Source of the DNA: Eledone cirrhosa
Taxonomy: Eukaryota
Direction of reading: 5' to 3'
Length of the DNA: 64,000 nucleotides
NCBI GenBank assembly: GCA_964016885.1
Contig: OZ024761.1
Span: 29,016,001 to 29,080,000, forward strand
Under the pieces are notes generated by a model that had not been told where the DNA came from, did not search any database, and was given only the letters and a program-made list of their open reading frames with translations. The translations under genes were made by a program, and so were the position numbers. The first letter of the stretch is position 1. The number at the start of each line of letters is the position of its first letter. Of the stretch, positions 12,052-24,516 are shown piece after piece.

Positions 12052-12780
12052 GTTGGAAGTAGTGGTGTTGTTGTTGGTGGTGGTGGTGGTGTTGTTGTTG
12101 TTGGTGGTGGTGGTGGTGGTGTTGGTAGTAGTGGTGTTGTTGTTGGTGGTGGTGGTGGTGTTGTTGTTGGTAGTGGTGGTGGTAGTGTTGGTGTTGTTGT
12201 TGTTGGTGGTGGTGGTGGTGGTGGTGGTGTTGGTGTTGGTAGTAGTGTTGTTGTTGGTGTTGTTGTTGTTGGTGGTGGTGGTGTTGTTGTTGGTGGTGGT
12301 GGTAGTGTTGTTGTTGGTGGTGGTGGTAGTGTTGTTGTTGGTGTTGTTGTTGGTGGTGGTGGTGTTGGTAGTAGTGTTGTTGTTGGTGTTGTTGTTGGTG
12401 GTGGTGGTGGTGTTGTTGTTGGTGGTGGTGGTAGTGTTGTTGTTGGTGGTGGTGGTAGTGTTGTTGTTGGTGTTGTTGTTGTTGGTGGTGGTGGTAGTGT
12501 TGTTGTTGGTATTGTTGTTGTTGGTGGTGGTGGTGGTAGTGTTGTTGTTGGTATTGTTGTTGGTGGTGGTGTTGTTGTTGGTGGTGGTGGTGTTGTTGTT
12601 GGTAGTAGTGGTGTTGTTGTTGTTGGTGGTGGTGGTAGTGGTGTTGGTAGTAGTGGTGTTGTTGTTGGTGGTGGTGGTGGTAGTAATGGTGGTGGTAGTG
12701 TTGTTGTTGATGGTGGTGTTGGTAGTAGTGGTGTTGTTGGGGGTGGTGGTAGTGTTGTTGTTGTTGTTGTTCGTGGTGGT
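12000..12780. repeat. (GTT/GGT)n compound trinucleotide tract
   Basis: Direct reading. Confidence 0.9.
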
Positions 12781-13675
12781 GTGGACTAAACCAAACTATT
12801 TACAGAAGCGGTGGAGCGGAAAAAGTACTTATCTGTGGTGATTTGGCTGGCTTCACAACAATGAGATAACTATGGCAGCATCATGGAGGGGCACAATTAT
12901 AGGATGACCTGTGTGGTAAATATCTCCCCTGGGGGGTGGGGGAGTGGAGCAGAGTCCAAGGTAAGGGCCTACAGATTGAAACAAAACTGACACAAATATT
13001 TCTACCAGACACACATTCATGGACACTCACAAATACATAGAAACACATAGACATACATACACATACATATACACATGCATACATACATAGATACAGAGAG
13101 ACATACATACAAATACATATATACATATACACACAATTACTCATATATACATACACACATATATACATACACACATACACACATTCACAGATACACATGC
13201 ATACATACATACGGATACACACTCATATACACACATACATATACACATATACACATACATACACACATATATACATATACACATACATGCATACATACAT
13301 AGATACAGAGAGACATACATACAAATACATATATACATATACACACAATTACACTCATATATACATACATACACACATATATACACACATATATACATAC
13401 ACACACATACACACATGCATACATACATACGGATACACACTCATATACACACATACATATACACATATACACATACATACACACATATATACACTTACAT
13501 ACACAGATACATACATATACAATATATATATACATATATATACACCCAGACCTACATCCCTACATATGGAATTCTCAATCAGTGGTCTATCATATTTACA
13601 CATGAATCATAAAACAGATTGGATCAGCAAACAGTGAGAGATGTGTATTGTTGCCATTAATGTTCCTAGCTAGTG

Positions 13676-13735
<60 letters not shown>

Positions 13736-13858
13736 GGAGGTGAGTTTTATTGTAGTACAATAAAGCAATGCAGATATCGGATAAGAAGCACTCTACAGTT
13801 TGTAGGACTGGAGTATACATAATATAAGATCAAAAGATGGTTAAAGGAGTTCCATGTA

Positions 13859-13925
13859 TTTTATTATGCGCATTTCAAAAACAAACATCATCATGCAATA
13901 ATATTTGTGTTTTCATCAGATAAAA
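13859..13925 (-). ncRNA. Type-I hammerhead ribozyme in element 13731-13954
   Basis: Minus: TTTTAT CTGATGA AAACACAAATATTATTGCATGATGATGTTTGTTTTT GAAA TGCGCA TA^ ATAAAA; long stem II, palindromic stem III ATGCGCAT; (TA)n on both sides of the element. Confidence 0.8.
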
Positions 13926-13950
13926 CAGGAGAACATGATATGAAGGCTAA

Positions 13951-14115
<165 letters not shown>

Positions 14116-14127
14116 TAGCCTTCATGT

Positions 14128-14262
14128 GGAGGCGTGTGGCTGAGTGGTTAGAGAATTGGATTCGCAATCGTAAGGTTGTGAGTTCGATTCCTGGACCAGG
14201 CGATGCGTTATGTCCTTGAGCAAGACACTTTATTTCACGTTGCTCCTTCTACCTGGAGTTGC
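14128..14262 (+). mobile_element. S2 CORE-type SINE, 3'-truncated
   Basis: TGGCTGAGTGG A box, GAGTTCGATTCC B box, TGTCCTTGAGCAAGACACTT. Confidence 0.8.
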
Positions 14263-14356
14263 GACCGATAGATAGTATTAGCAATTGGAAAGACCAATGG
14301 AAACATTGTTTCGTCGATCCGATTTGACGAAAGTCGATCGTTCCTATATATATATA

Positions 14357-15118
14357 TATAATAACTAGAAATTGATTAACATATATATAAACATGAATAA
14401 TCACAGGAGATAATTTTTACAAGTGTGTAACCACACATAGCTAGGTAGGTAACTAAATAAAGTTGACCAGAACTTCAAAAATAGATACCTTGTAATATGA
14501 TTTTGTAATATGATTTTGATTTAGATTAAATTCATTTGATTTATCTTAATTTTGGATATAGATATATAAATACGGCTCCTTAATTGTAGAGCTAACTCTG
14601 TTGAAAGGACTCGACTGCTGTTTCTAGTTGTCGATAACCCTATTCACGCCACTGGGACGAAGCTACTATGATGTGTGTATTTCTAGTAAATACTACACGT
14701 GGTGCTGGCCAGTCGCAGATTTGAACTTGTTGTGTAAACATGGATAGCTGGAAATTTCTTCCTTGTTAAAAATCCAAATCTCCACTTCCGTGGTTTACCA
14801 TCCGATTAATTGGTGAAATATATTTCTTTAATGGAATATATACAGGGAAGATTAATCATATTACAAGGTATCTATTTTTGAAGTTCTGGTCAACTTTATT
14901 TAGTTACCTACCTAGCTATGTGTGGTTACACACTTGTAAAAATTATCTCCTGTGATTATTCATGTTTATATATATGTTAATCAATTTCTAGTTATTATAA
15001 AATGCTCGGACCTACTCGTTAGAATCTTAGAGCTTATTTTCCGGGTGATATGGCACCCATAATTTTGATTTAGATTAAATTCATTTAATTTATCTTAATT
15101 TTGGATATAGATATATAT
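14357..15118 (+). mobile_element. Fold-back element family B (same architecture as A, no canonical hammerhead seen)
   Basis: 146-bp inverted arms 14357-14502 and 14854-14999; 14513-14568 repeats the 3' end 15062-15118; (TA)n flanks; second copy at 63551-63936. Confidence 0.8.
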
Positions 15119-15134
15119 ATATATATATATATAT

Positions 15135-15412
15135 ATTGTTATACTTTGGGAGGGTCATGTTGCCAATAAGAAACACACGCACCAGTTTCTTTCACTTCAA
15201 TTTATTATAATAAATTTATAATAAATTTATAAATTTCTGGTTGGTTGGTTGGTTCCACAACCAGATAGTTGTTTATATATTGTCATAGTTCTTTCGTCAC
15301 ACACTCTGTGACCTCTTCAGTGACTGGGGATTCCTTTCTTCGTTTATGTGCCTCTCCTTTGTTCTGTCCTACGCCATAAACAAAATGGCGTAGGACAGAA
15401 CAAATTCAGAAA

Positions 15413-15418
<6 letters not shown>
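15135..15418 (-). mobile_element. Hammerhead element family C with short 5' fold-back
   Basis: 20-bp inverted repeat 15358-15377/15385-15404 at its 5' end; 3' terminus ATGACCCTCCC(A/C)AAGTATAACAAT shared with 37042-37630; (TA)n flanks. Confidence 0.75.
15282..15324 (-). ncRNA. Type-I minimal hammerhead ribozyme
   Basis: Minus: GTCA CTGAAGA G GTCACA-GAGTG-TGTGAC GAAA GAAC TA^ TGAC. Confidence 0.8.
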
Positions 15419-15443
<25 letters not shown>

Positions 15444-16336
15444 CAGGGTGCGGACGATATTTGTTCGCAAGATTACTGTCTAGGAAAAGGTAACACAGTA
15501 GTTTTATTTTTTAAGATATATTTATCAAATTTAGGTCAGTTTGTCTTCATGACTTGTTCTTTCGATCTCACTCAATAAACCCGCCATTGGCTTTGATGAC
15601 GGCCTCAAGGCGGCCTCAGAACCGGCTACAGGCCTTCGTCACTGTCCCCTGACTTAGGCCCCTAAAGGCAGTTGTGATCCTGGCCCTCAGATCGTCTTTC
15701 GTATTAGAGCTAGATCTGTTGGTATCTCGTTCCACTGCGTCCCACACAAAGCAGTCGAGGGGGTTGCAGTCAGGCGAGTTGGGAGGCCAGATGTCAGGTG
15801 AAGTGGGGTCGACAAAGTTCTCTGACAGCCAGGCTTGGGTCTTTCGGCTGGTATGGCAGGGCGCTGAGTCTTGCTGCTACACGTACGGCCTACCTGCAGC
15901 TACCTGGTCGATCCAGGGCTTTACTACCTCGCTCAGAACGCGGATGTCGCCATCGGTGTTCAGCTTGAGACCCTCAGGGAAAAAGTGAGGTGGCATGACA
16001 TCACCTCGACAGCTGACGACACCTAAGACCAATGTTGTCGCTGGAAACTTTGTCTGCATGACTCTGGGCACGTCTTTGGATGAGACAGCGAGCCACCTGT
16101 TGTTCTGGGAGTTGATCTTCTGGTTCTTATTTGTCCTCCCGGCGCAGATTCCAAGAAGAACTCCGTGTCTCTTCCACAAATTTGGAGGTTCAAAATTATT
16201 TATAATCAATTATTCTGAAAATAAATAATGGATATATAATCACTGTTTTTATGAAGACAAGAGTGACAACGGAAGTAAAAAAAATTTGCATAAAATTAGC
16301 AGTTGAAAATTGCGAACAAACATCGTCCACACCCTG
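15444..16336 (-). mobile_element. Internally deleted Tc1/mariner DD37D (maT) DNA transposon with both TIRs
   Basis: 27-bp TIRs CAGGGTGYGGACGATRTTTGTTCGCAA at 15444-15470 and 16310-16336; TA on the left; pseudo-ORF ...KPW..VAAGRPYV*QQD(37 aa)..WPPNSPDCNPLD..., stop at 15568-15570. Confidence 0.9.
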
Positions 16337-16364
16337 TTGAAAAATGAGATAATGAGATTGTGAT

Positions 16365-16623
16365 CGTGTAGGTGTCACGGGAAAAAAACACACAGGCCAC
16401 GCTGTAATGTGGAAGTGTAGGTAACATGGTAAAAAGTTCCCAGTTCCACACTGTAAATGAGGTTGGTGTTAGGAAGGGCATCCAGCCATAGAAAACCTGC
16501 CAGATAGTCCTATATGAGCGAGACACGGTCACCCGACCAACCTTGCCTCAAGTGGGACAACTCCCGTCTAACCCATGCTAGCGTGGAAAATGGACGCTAA
16601 ACGAAGATGATGATGAAGATGAT
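16365..16623 (+). mobile_element. 3' tail fragment of S2 SINE/partner LINE
   Basis: GTTGGTGTTAGGAAGGGCATCCAGC...CTAACCCATGCTAGCGTGGAAAATGGACG + (TGA)n. Confidence 0.7.
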
Positions 16624-16647
16624 ATATATATATATATATATAAATAA

Positions 16648-16744
<97 letters not shown>

Positions 16745-16872
16745 TATATGTATATATGTGTGTGTGTGTATATATATGTATGTATGTAAAAGGTTAAGAG
16801 AAATAACAACACAATCGATACAGTATTAGGAAGGAATATAATAGGTTAACGCTTGAAATAGCAGGAAGAGGG

Positions 16873-16908
16873 TCTTAACGTTTCGGACAGTAGTCCTTCA
16901 TCAGAAGA
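16873..16908 (-). ncRNA. Type-I minimal hammerhead ribozyme in element ~16787-16912
   Basis: Minus: TCTT CTGATGA A GGAC-TACT-GTCC GAAA CG TT^ AAGA; palindromic ACGT stem III; degenerate homologue at ~49140-49245. Confidence 0.8.
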
Positions 16909-16929
16909 AAGAATATGTATATGAATGTA

Positions 16930-17190
16930 GTGAAGGCGTATGGCTTAGTTGTTTGAATGTCGGGCTTAAAATCATGAGGTTTGTCCAGGTGATGCTTTGT
17001 GTTCTTTTTATTTCACATTGCTCCAGTTCACTCAGATGTAGAAATGTGTTGCGATATATCGGCCATTTCCTTTCCTTTGGACAACGTGAGAGGAGAATGA
17101 GACTTGTATTGATGGACAACTGCTGTCCTTCCACAAACAACTTGTGCCTTGGAGAGGAGCTTTCTAGGTGCAAATCCTATGGTCATTCCC
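16930..17190 (+). mobile_element. Diverged S2-type SINE with an alternative 3' part
   Basis: GAAGGCGTATGGCTTAGTTG head; TTTATTTCACATTGCTCCAGTTCACTCAG body. Confidence 0.6.
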
Positions 17191-17325
17191 CTATATATAC
17201 ATATATATATATATATATGTGTGTGTGTATATATATATATACTTATATATATATACATATATATATGTGTGTGTATATATATACTTATATATATATATAC
17301 ATATATATATATATGTGTGTGTGTG

Positions 17326-17357
<32 letters not shown>

Positions 17358-17421
17358 CATATATTAATATATATATATATAAATACATACATGTATGTAT
17401 ATATATATATATATATGTATA

Positions 17422-17840
17422 TATAAACGGAAAAAATTAAACCAAATTTCATTTCTCACTCTTAGTACGGCTGTTACTTAAATATAAGTATGTATACGTA
17501 CATACATATATGTATACAGACGTACAGTAGTATGTATATATATATATACATACATGCACACATATATATATATGTACGTATGGATTCACCGAACATTCAT
17601 TATAATGCTCGGTGTGTTTGTAAACAAACATCCCGAATTAAGCTGTACAGTGTCTAGCAACCATCGTTGCTCATTTGTTCAACACTGACAAAGGAACGCT
17701 GTACTAGTTTCAAGCTTATTAGCTATCATCAGCAACGTATACCTTCCTGCCAGATGGTTGAACGTCTGAAAGTATATACTTTCTTTATGCATATTAACGG
17801 CTGAGCAGCCTAATTTGCATATCGAGTGACTTAATCGGCC
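17422..17840 (-). mobile_element. Family A hammerhead element, monomer without fold-back
   Basis: Reverse complement of 5946-6353; 3' end abuts (TA)n. Confidence 0.85.
17696..17738 (-). ncRNA. Type-I minimal hammerhead ribozyme (family A)
   Basis: Minus: ACGTTG CTGATGA TAGCTAATAAGCTT GAAA CTAG TA^ CAGCGT; N7 differs from the 6050 copy (C versus T) at the free position. Confidence 0.8.
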
Positions 17841-17844
17841 AGAA

Positions 17845-18097
17845 GGTCAATGAAATAAAGTACCAGTAATACACTGGGATAATTGCTGGCCTTGTGCCAA
17901 AAGTAGAAACAAATATTTGGCAGTATCAGTAGAGGGTCGGACGCCATGCTTTGCAGCAAAGAATTACGTCCCTTTATGGTCTGAGTTCAAATCCCGCCGA
18001 GGATAACTTTGCCTTTTATCCTTACGGGGTCAATAAAATAAAGTACCAGTAATGCACTGAGTAATTGCTGGCCTTGTGCCAAAAATAGAAACAATTA
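17845..18097 (+). mobile_element. S1 SINE preceded by a partial 3' copy
   Basis: TTGGCAGTATCAGTAGAG...GAGTTCAAATCCCGCCGAGG...TTTGCCTTTTATCC...AAGTACCAG...GCTGGCCTTGTGCCAAAA. Confidence 0.85.
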
Positions 18098-19270
18098 TTA
18101 CTGGATGATGGCCATCTCTTCTCCCTTTTCTGCCATACACACTGGGATGAGGGTGACATTACAAACAGGGTGACCAGTCTCACATTGTGTCCTCTGCCAC
18201 CACTGACCTACGCTACCACAACTACTACTCCCATCACACTGACCAACACCACCACACCACCACCACTACTATATATCTATATATATCTATATAAATGTGT
18301 ATGTATGTGTACATAGACGTATGTGTACATAGACGTATGTGTGTATATTTATTTGTGTGTATATTTGTATATGTGTGTATGTATATGTGTTTGAATGTAT
18401 ACAAACATAAACACACATACATATATATATATATATGTGAGTTTGTGTGTGTGTGTATGTGTGTGTTTGTGTGTGTATGTGTGTGTTTGTGTGTATGTGT
18501 GTTTATATGTGTGTATGTGTGTTTGTATGTGTGTATGTGTGTATGTATGTTTGTATGGGTGTATGTGTGTTTATATGTGTGTATGTGTGTATGTATGTCT
18601 GTATGTGTGTATGGGTGTTTATGTGTGTGTATATGTGTTTGTATGTGTGTTTGTATGTGTGTATGGGTGTGTATGTGTGTGTATGTGTGTGTATGTATGT
18701 ATGTGTGTTTGTATGTGTGTATATGTGTGTATGTGTTTGTATGTGTGTATGTGTGTTTATGTGTGTATGTGTGTATGTGTGTATGTGTGTTTATATGTGT
18801 GTATGTGTTTGTATGTGTTTATATGTGTTTATATGTGTGTATATGTGTTTGTATGTGTGTATGTGTTTGTATGTGTGTGTTTGTATATGTGTATGTGTGT
18901 ATGTGTGTTTATATGTGTGTATGTGTGTGTATGTGGGTATGTGTGTATGGGTGTATTTGTATGTGTGTATGGGTGTTTATATGTGTGTATGTGTGTGTAT
19001 GTGGGTATGGGTGTATGTGTGTGTATGTGTGTATGGGTGTGTACACATTTGCACTCATTCACACCTACAAAAGACACACTAACATGCGTCTGCTTTGTTT
19101 AGTCAAGGCCGTTGCTTACAGATACATGCAACATATGCACATGTATAAGCTTGAAGATCTGCTTGTGTGCGTGTGAGGAGGCTACAAGTACATGTGTGTA
19201 TGTGTGTGTGTGTGTGTATGTGTGTGTGTGTGTATATGTACGTATTTGTGTCTGTCTGTGTCTGTATGTA

Positions 19271-19301
<31 letters not shown>

Positions 19302-19327
19302 GTATGTGTCTCTTTGTTCGTGTATGC

Positions 19328-19369
<42 letters not shown>

Positions 19370-19382
19370 GTAGGTGTATGTA

Positions 19383-19415
<33 letters not shown>

Positions 19416-19446
19416 GTATGTGTCTCTTTGTTCGTGTATGCATGTG

Positions 19447-19491
<45 letters not shown>

Positions 19492-19636
19492 GTAGGTGTA
19501 TGTATGTATGTGCGTGTGTATATATATATATATGTATGTGTCTCTTTGTTCGTGTATGCATATGTATATATATATATATATACGTAGGTGTATGTATGTG
19601 TGTATATATATATATATATGTCTGTGTCTCTGTGTT

Positions 19637-19675
<39 letters not shown>

Positions 19676-19821
19676 GTATATGCCTGTGTCTATTTGTTTG
19701 TGTGTGTATATGTATATATATGTGTGTGTGCCTGTGTATGTATGTGTATATATATATATATACACATATATACACTGGCACACACACATATATATACAGA
19801 CACACACACACACACATATAC

Positions 19822-19854
<33 letters not shown>

Positions 19855-20095
19855 CCAATGTATATATGTGTGTAAATATATATATGTGTGTGCCAGTGTG
19901 TGTGTATATATATATATATATGTGTGTGTCTGTGTGTGTGTGTATACATCCATCAATAGTATCCAATGACCTTGAGTTAAACAAAGAAACTACCAATAAA
20001 AGTTGATTGGTGACCACAGGTAAAATAAAATAAAATAAAACTTGTGTAGGAGACTGAGAGCACCGAATGACACTTTAAACTATTACTGTCAATGT

Positions 20096-20975
20096 TGGTT
20101 GGTTGGTTGGTTGGTCAGTTTGTTGGTTGGCTGGTCAGTTTGGTTGGTTGGTTGGTCAGTTTGTTGGTTGGTGTGTTGGTTGGTTGGTTCGTTGGTTGGT
20201 GGACTGGTCAGTTTGTTGGTTGGTTCGTTGGTTAGTTGGTTGGTTGGTTGGTTGGTGGACTGGTCAGTTTGTTGGTTGGTTCGTTGGTTGGTTGGTTGGT
20301 TGGTTGGTTGGTGGACTGGTCAGTTTGTTGGTTGGTTCGTTGGTTGGTTGGTTGGTTGGTTGGTTGGTGGACTGGTCAGTTTGTTGGTTGGTTCGTTGGT
20401 TGGTTGGTGGACTGGTCAGTTTGTTGGTTGATTAGTTAGTTGGTTGGTTGGTTGGTTGTTTGGTTGGTTGATTGGTTGGTTGGTTGGTTGGTTGATTGGT
20501 GAGTTGTTTGGTTGGTTGATTGGTGAGTTGTTTGGTTGGTTGGTTGGTTGGTTGACTAGTCAGTTTGTTGGTTGGTTAGTTAGTTGGTTGGTTGGTTGTT
20601 TGGTTGGTTGATTGGTTGGTTAGTTGGTTGGTTGGTTGGTTGGTTAGTTGGTTGGTTGGTTGGTTGGTTGGTGGACTGGTCAGTTTGTTGGTTGGTTAGT
20701 TAGTTGGTTGGTTAGTTGGTTGTTTGGTTGGTTGATTGGTTGGTTGGTTGGTTGGTTGATTGGTGAGTTGTTTGGTTGGTTGGTTGGTTGGTTGACTAGT
20801 CAGTTTGTAGGTTGGTTAGTTGGTTGGCTCATTGGTTGATTGGTTAGTTGGTTAGTTGGTCAGTTGGTTGGTTGGTGAGTTGGATGGTCAGTCTGTTGGT
20901 AGGTTGGTTGGTTGATTGGTGGACTGTTCATTTGGTTGGCTGGTTGATCAATTGGTTGGTTGGTTGGTTGATTGG
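20096..20975. repeat. (GGTT)n satellite with GGTGGACTGGTCAGTTTG variants
   Basis: Direct reading. Confidence 0.9.
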
Positions 20976-20984
20976 TCCACTGCA

Positions 20985-21112
20985 CCATGCGGGGCTCACA
21001 CCTGCGGGCAGCCAACTCTGCACTGATAGCAAGGAACAGGGATGTTAATGAGGGGGCCAAGAATTTCTGAAGTCTGCACTGCTACAGGTTCTACCACAAA
21101 CCTATCAGAGAG
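20985..21112 (-). mobile_element. Small diverged fragment of the CRE-like element
   Basis: Translates LSDRFVVEPVAVQT...SLFLAISAELAARRCEPR, matching SLLTSIGAELASRRCEPH at 29.7 kb. Confidence 0.7.
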
Positions 21113-21149
21113 TGGCTGGTTATTTGGTCAGCTGACTTGCTGGTTAATA

Positions 21150-21610
21150 GGTGAATTGGCTAGCTGGTCAGTGGATTTGTTCATGGGTTGGTTGGCTGGC
21201 TGGCTGGCTGGTCAGTGGATTTGGTCATTGGCTGGCTAACTGGCTAGTCAGTGGATTTGTTTGTTGGTTGGCTGATTGGAAGGTCAGTGCATTTGTTCGT
21301 TGGTTAGCTAACTGGCTGGTCAGTGCATTTGTTCGTTGGCTGGCTAACTGGCTGGTCAGTGGATTTGGTCATTGGATGGCTAACTGGCTGGTCAGTGGAT
21401 TTGTTTGTTGGTTGGCTGGCTGGAGGGTCAGTGCATTTGTTCGTTGGTTAGCTAACTGGCTGGTCAGTGCATTTGTTCATTGGCTGGCTAACTGGCTGGT
21501 CAGTGGATTTGGTCATTGGATGGCTAACTGGCTGGCCAGTGGATTTTGTCATTGGTTAGCTAAGTAGCTGCTCAGTGCATTTGTTCGTTGGTTGGCTAAC
21601 TGGCTGGCTA
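21150..21610. repeat. 30-bp minisatellite with a ~120-bp higher-order repeat
   Basis: GCTAACTGGCTGGTCAGTGSATTTGKTCRTTGG units. Confidence 0.85.
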
Positions 21611-21827
21611 GTTAGTCGGTTGGCTGGCTGGCTGGTTAGTTAGTTGGTTGATGGACTAGCTGGCTGGCTGGTCAGTACGTTGTTCAGCTGGCTGGTTGGT
21701 TGGTCATTTGTTACTATGATAAACTAGTATAACTGGTATAAGGAACTTCACAAAGTGCTCCTCCACCCTCCAAAAACATATTTGTTCCTTGGAACAGGAG
21801 AAATGGGATGTTTTATATTTTAAATCA

Positions 21828-22172
21828 TTTGATACCAAACCACCTGAAACAACATGTGGTTTGATACCAAACTACCTGAAACAACATGTGGTTTGATACC
21901 AAACTACCTGAAACAACATGTGGTTTGATACCAAACTACCTGAAACCGCTCCTGGTTTGATACCAAACCATCCAAAACTATTGCTAGTTTGATACCAAAC
22001 TACCTGAAACTACACCTGGTTTCATACCAAACTACCTGAAAACACTGCTAGTTTGATACCAAATTACCTGAAACTACACCTGGTTTCATACCAAACTACC
22101 TGAAAACACTGCTAGTTTGATACCATACTACCCAAAACTACACCTGGTTTGATACCAAACTACCTGAAACCA
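21828..22172. repeat. 32-33-bp minisatellite, about 11 units, each with a palindromic core
   Basis: GTTTGATACCAAACTACCTGAAAC plus variable ~8-10 nt. Confidence 0.85.
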
Positions 22173-22379
22173 TCCATGGTTGTACAGTGTAAAACTTTTT
22201 TGTTTTAAAGTGTTTAGATTTATCTAAAATACTTCCATCATAATTATATGTAAGACCCTTTGTTATGTTATGCTCCAAATGTCTGCTTAATAATAAGAAA
22301 GTAAGTTATTATTAAATACTTAAAATGTTTTGATTATTTAAAATATCAATTTAAAATGCGAAAGTTACCATAAGCATAG

Positions 22380-23210
22380 CATACCACACATCCCATTTAG
22401 TACTGCACCGCACCATATCACTCTAAACTACAATACACCACACTATCCCAGACAACACCATACTACACTATACCATACTACACAATACCAGATCACACTG
22501 CACTAAATTCCATCACACCACACTACCCCACACCACATCACACTATGCCACACAACGCTTCACCACCCCACTCTGTACTACTCCACATCACACAACACCA
22601 TACTACACTACACCACACCATACTACACTAAAACACACCGCACTCCACCATACCACACTACACCACACCACACCATACTACACCACACCACCACACCACA
22701 CTACACTACACCACACTACATCACACCACACCATACTACACCACACTACACCACAATACACCACACGATACTACACCACACTACACCACACCACACTACA
22801 CCACACTACACCACACTACACTACACCATACCACACCACCACACTACACTACCCAACACCACACCACACCAGACCACACTACACCACACCGCACCACACC
22901 ACGCCACATAACACTACACCACACTACACACCACACTACACCACACCATACTACCCAACACCACACCACACCACACTACCCAACACCACACTGCACAACA
23001 CCACACCACAGCACACCACACCACACTGCACCACACCACACCACACCAGACCACACTACACTACACCACACTGCACAACACCAGACCACACCACACCAGA
23101 CCACACCACACCAGACCACACTACACCACACCACACCAGACCACACTACACCACACCACACCACACCACACTGCACAACACCACACCACACTGCACAACA
23201 CCACACCACA
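22380..23210. repeat. (CACCA/CACTA)n pentanucleotide satellite
   Basis: Direct reading. Confidence 0.85.
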
Positions 23211-24362
23211 CCCTTTCACACCTCTGTTGTCCTTCATTCAAATTCAGTTCTTTTAATCAGGTTTGCCATAAAGATTCAATGAGGTGGACCACACCTGGAG
23301 TTGATGTAGTACTATCACACATATACACACACAGAGACACATACATACACACACAGACACATACACACAGACTCACATATATACACAGAGACACACACAT
23401 ACACAGACACATACATACACACAGAGACACATACACAGACTTACATATACACACAGAGACATACACATACATATACACACACACAGACACATACATACAC
23501 ACACAGACACACAGACTCACATATACACACAGAGACACCCACACACATAGACACACAGAGACACATACACACGTACACACACATACACAGAGACACATAC
23601 ACACACACACATATACACAAGGACACAACACACAAGTGCACATACACACAGATACATAGATACACAAACACACATACACACACACATGCATACACATACA
23701 TACACGCATACACACACGCACGCATACACATACACACATGCATACACAGACAAATACATACATATACACACTCAGAGACAAACACATACACATACACACA
23801 GCCACAGACACACAAACTTACACACACATACACACACTTTCTACCTGTGGACACTCGCATTACTCTCTACTGTTCACCACCACCACCACCACAACCATCA
23901 CCACCACCACCACAACCATCACCACCACCACCATCACCACCACCACCACAACCATCACCACCACCACCACAACCATCACCAGCACCACCACAACCATCAC
24001 CACCACAACCATCACCACCACAACCACAACCATCACCACCACCATCATCACCAGCACCACCATCACCATCACCATCACTCTCATCACTACCCCCCCCCCC
24101 CACACCAAAACAACCACCACCATCATCATGGCCACTCTATTCATACCCCACCACCACCACAATCATCACCACAACCATCACCACCACCACCACCATCAGC
24201 ACTACACCCACCACCATGACCACCACCACCACCACAACCATCCCCATCACCACCACCACCATCACCACCACCACCACCAAAACCATCACCATCACCATCA
24301 TTTCATATTGAACTGTTAAGGTCTCATTCCTGGATATGTCAATATTTATAAAACAAACTTCG

Positions 24363-24423
24363 TATTTTATCTGATGAGGGCGTACCAAAGTTTTGGTACC
24401 CTTGAAATATATATAATAGAATA
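24363..24423 (+). ncRNA. Type-I hammerhead ribozyme in element ~24300-24467
   Basis: TATTTTAT CTGATGA GGGCGTACCAAA-GT-TTTGGTACCCTT GAAA TATATA TA^ ATAGAATA; 8-bp stem I extended by ATTTATAAAAC/GTTTTATAAAT; 3' end runs into (TA)n. Confidence 0.8.
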
Positions 24424-24464
24424 AATATGGTTTTATAAATATAGTTTCCATTTATTAATATCAT

Positions 24465-24516
<52 letters not shown>

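Noticed and set aside
14265-14345. Hairpin-rich segment with GAAA-CATTG-TT
   Set aside because: No CUGANGA core; at best a decayed element.
21828-22172. CRISPR-like repeat/spacer pattern
   Set aside because: Eukaryotic context, variable parts only 8-10 nt and mutually related, no cas genes.
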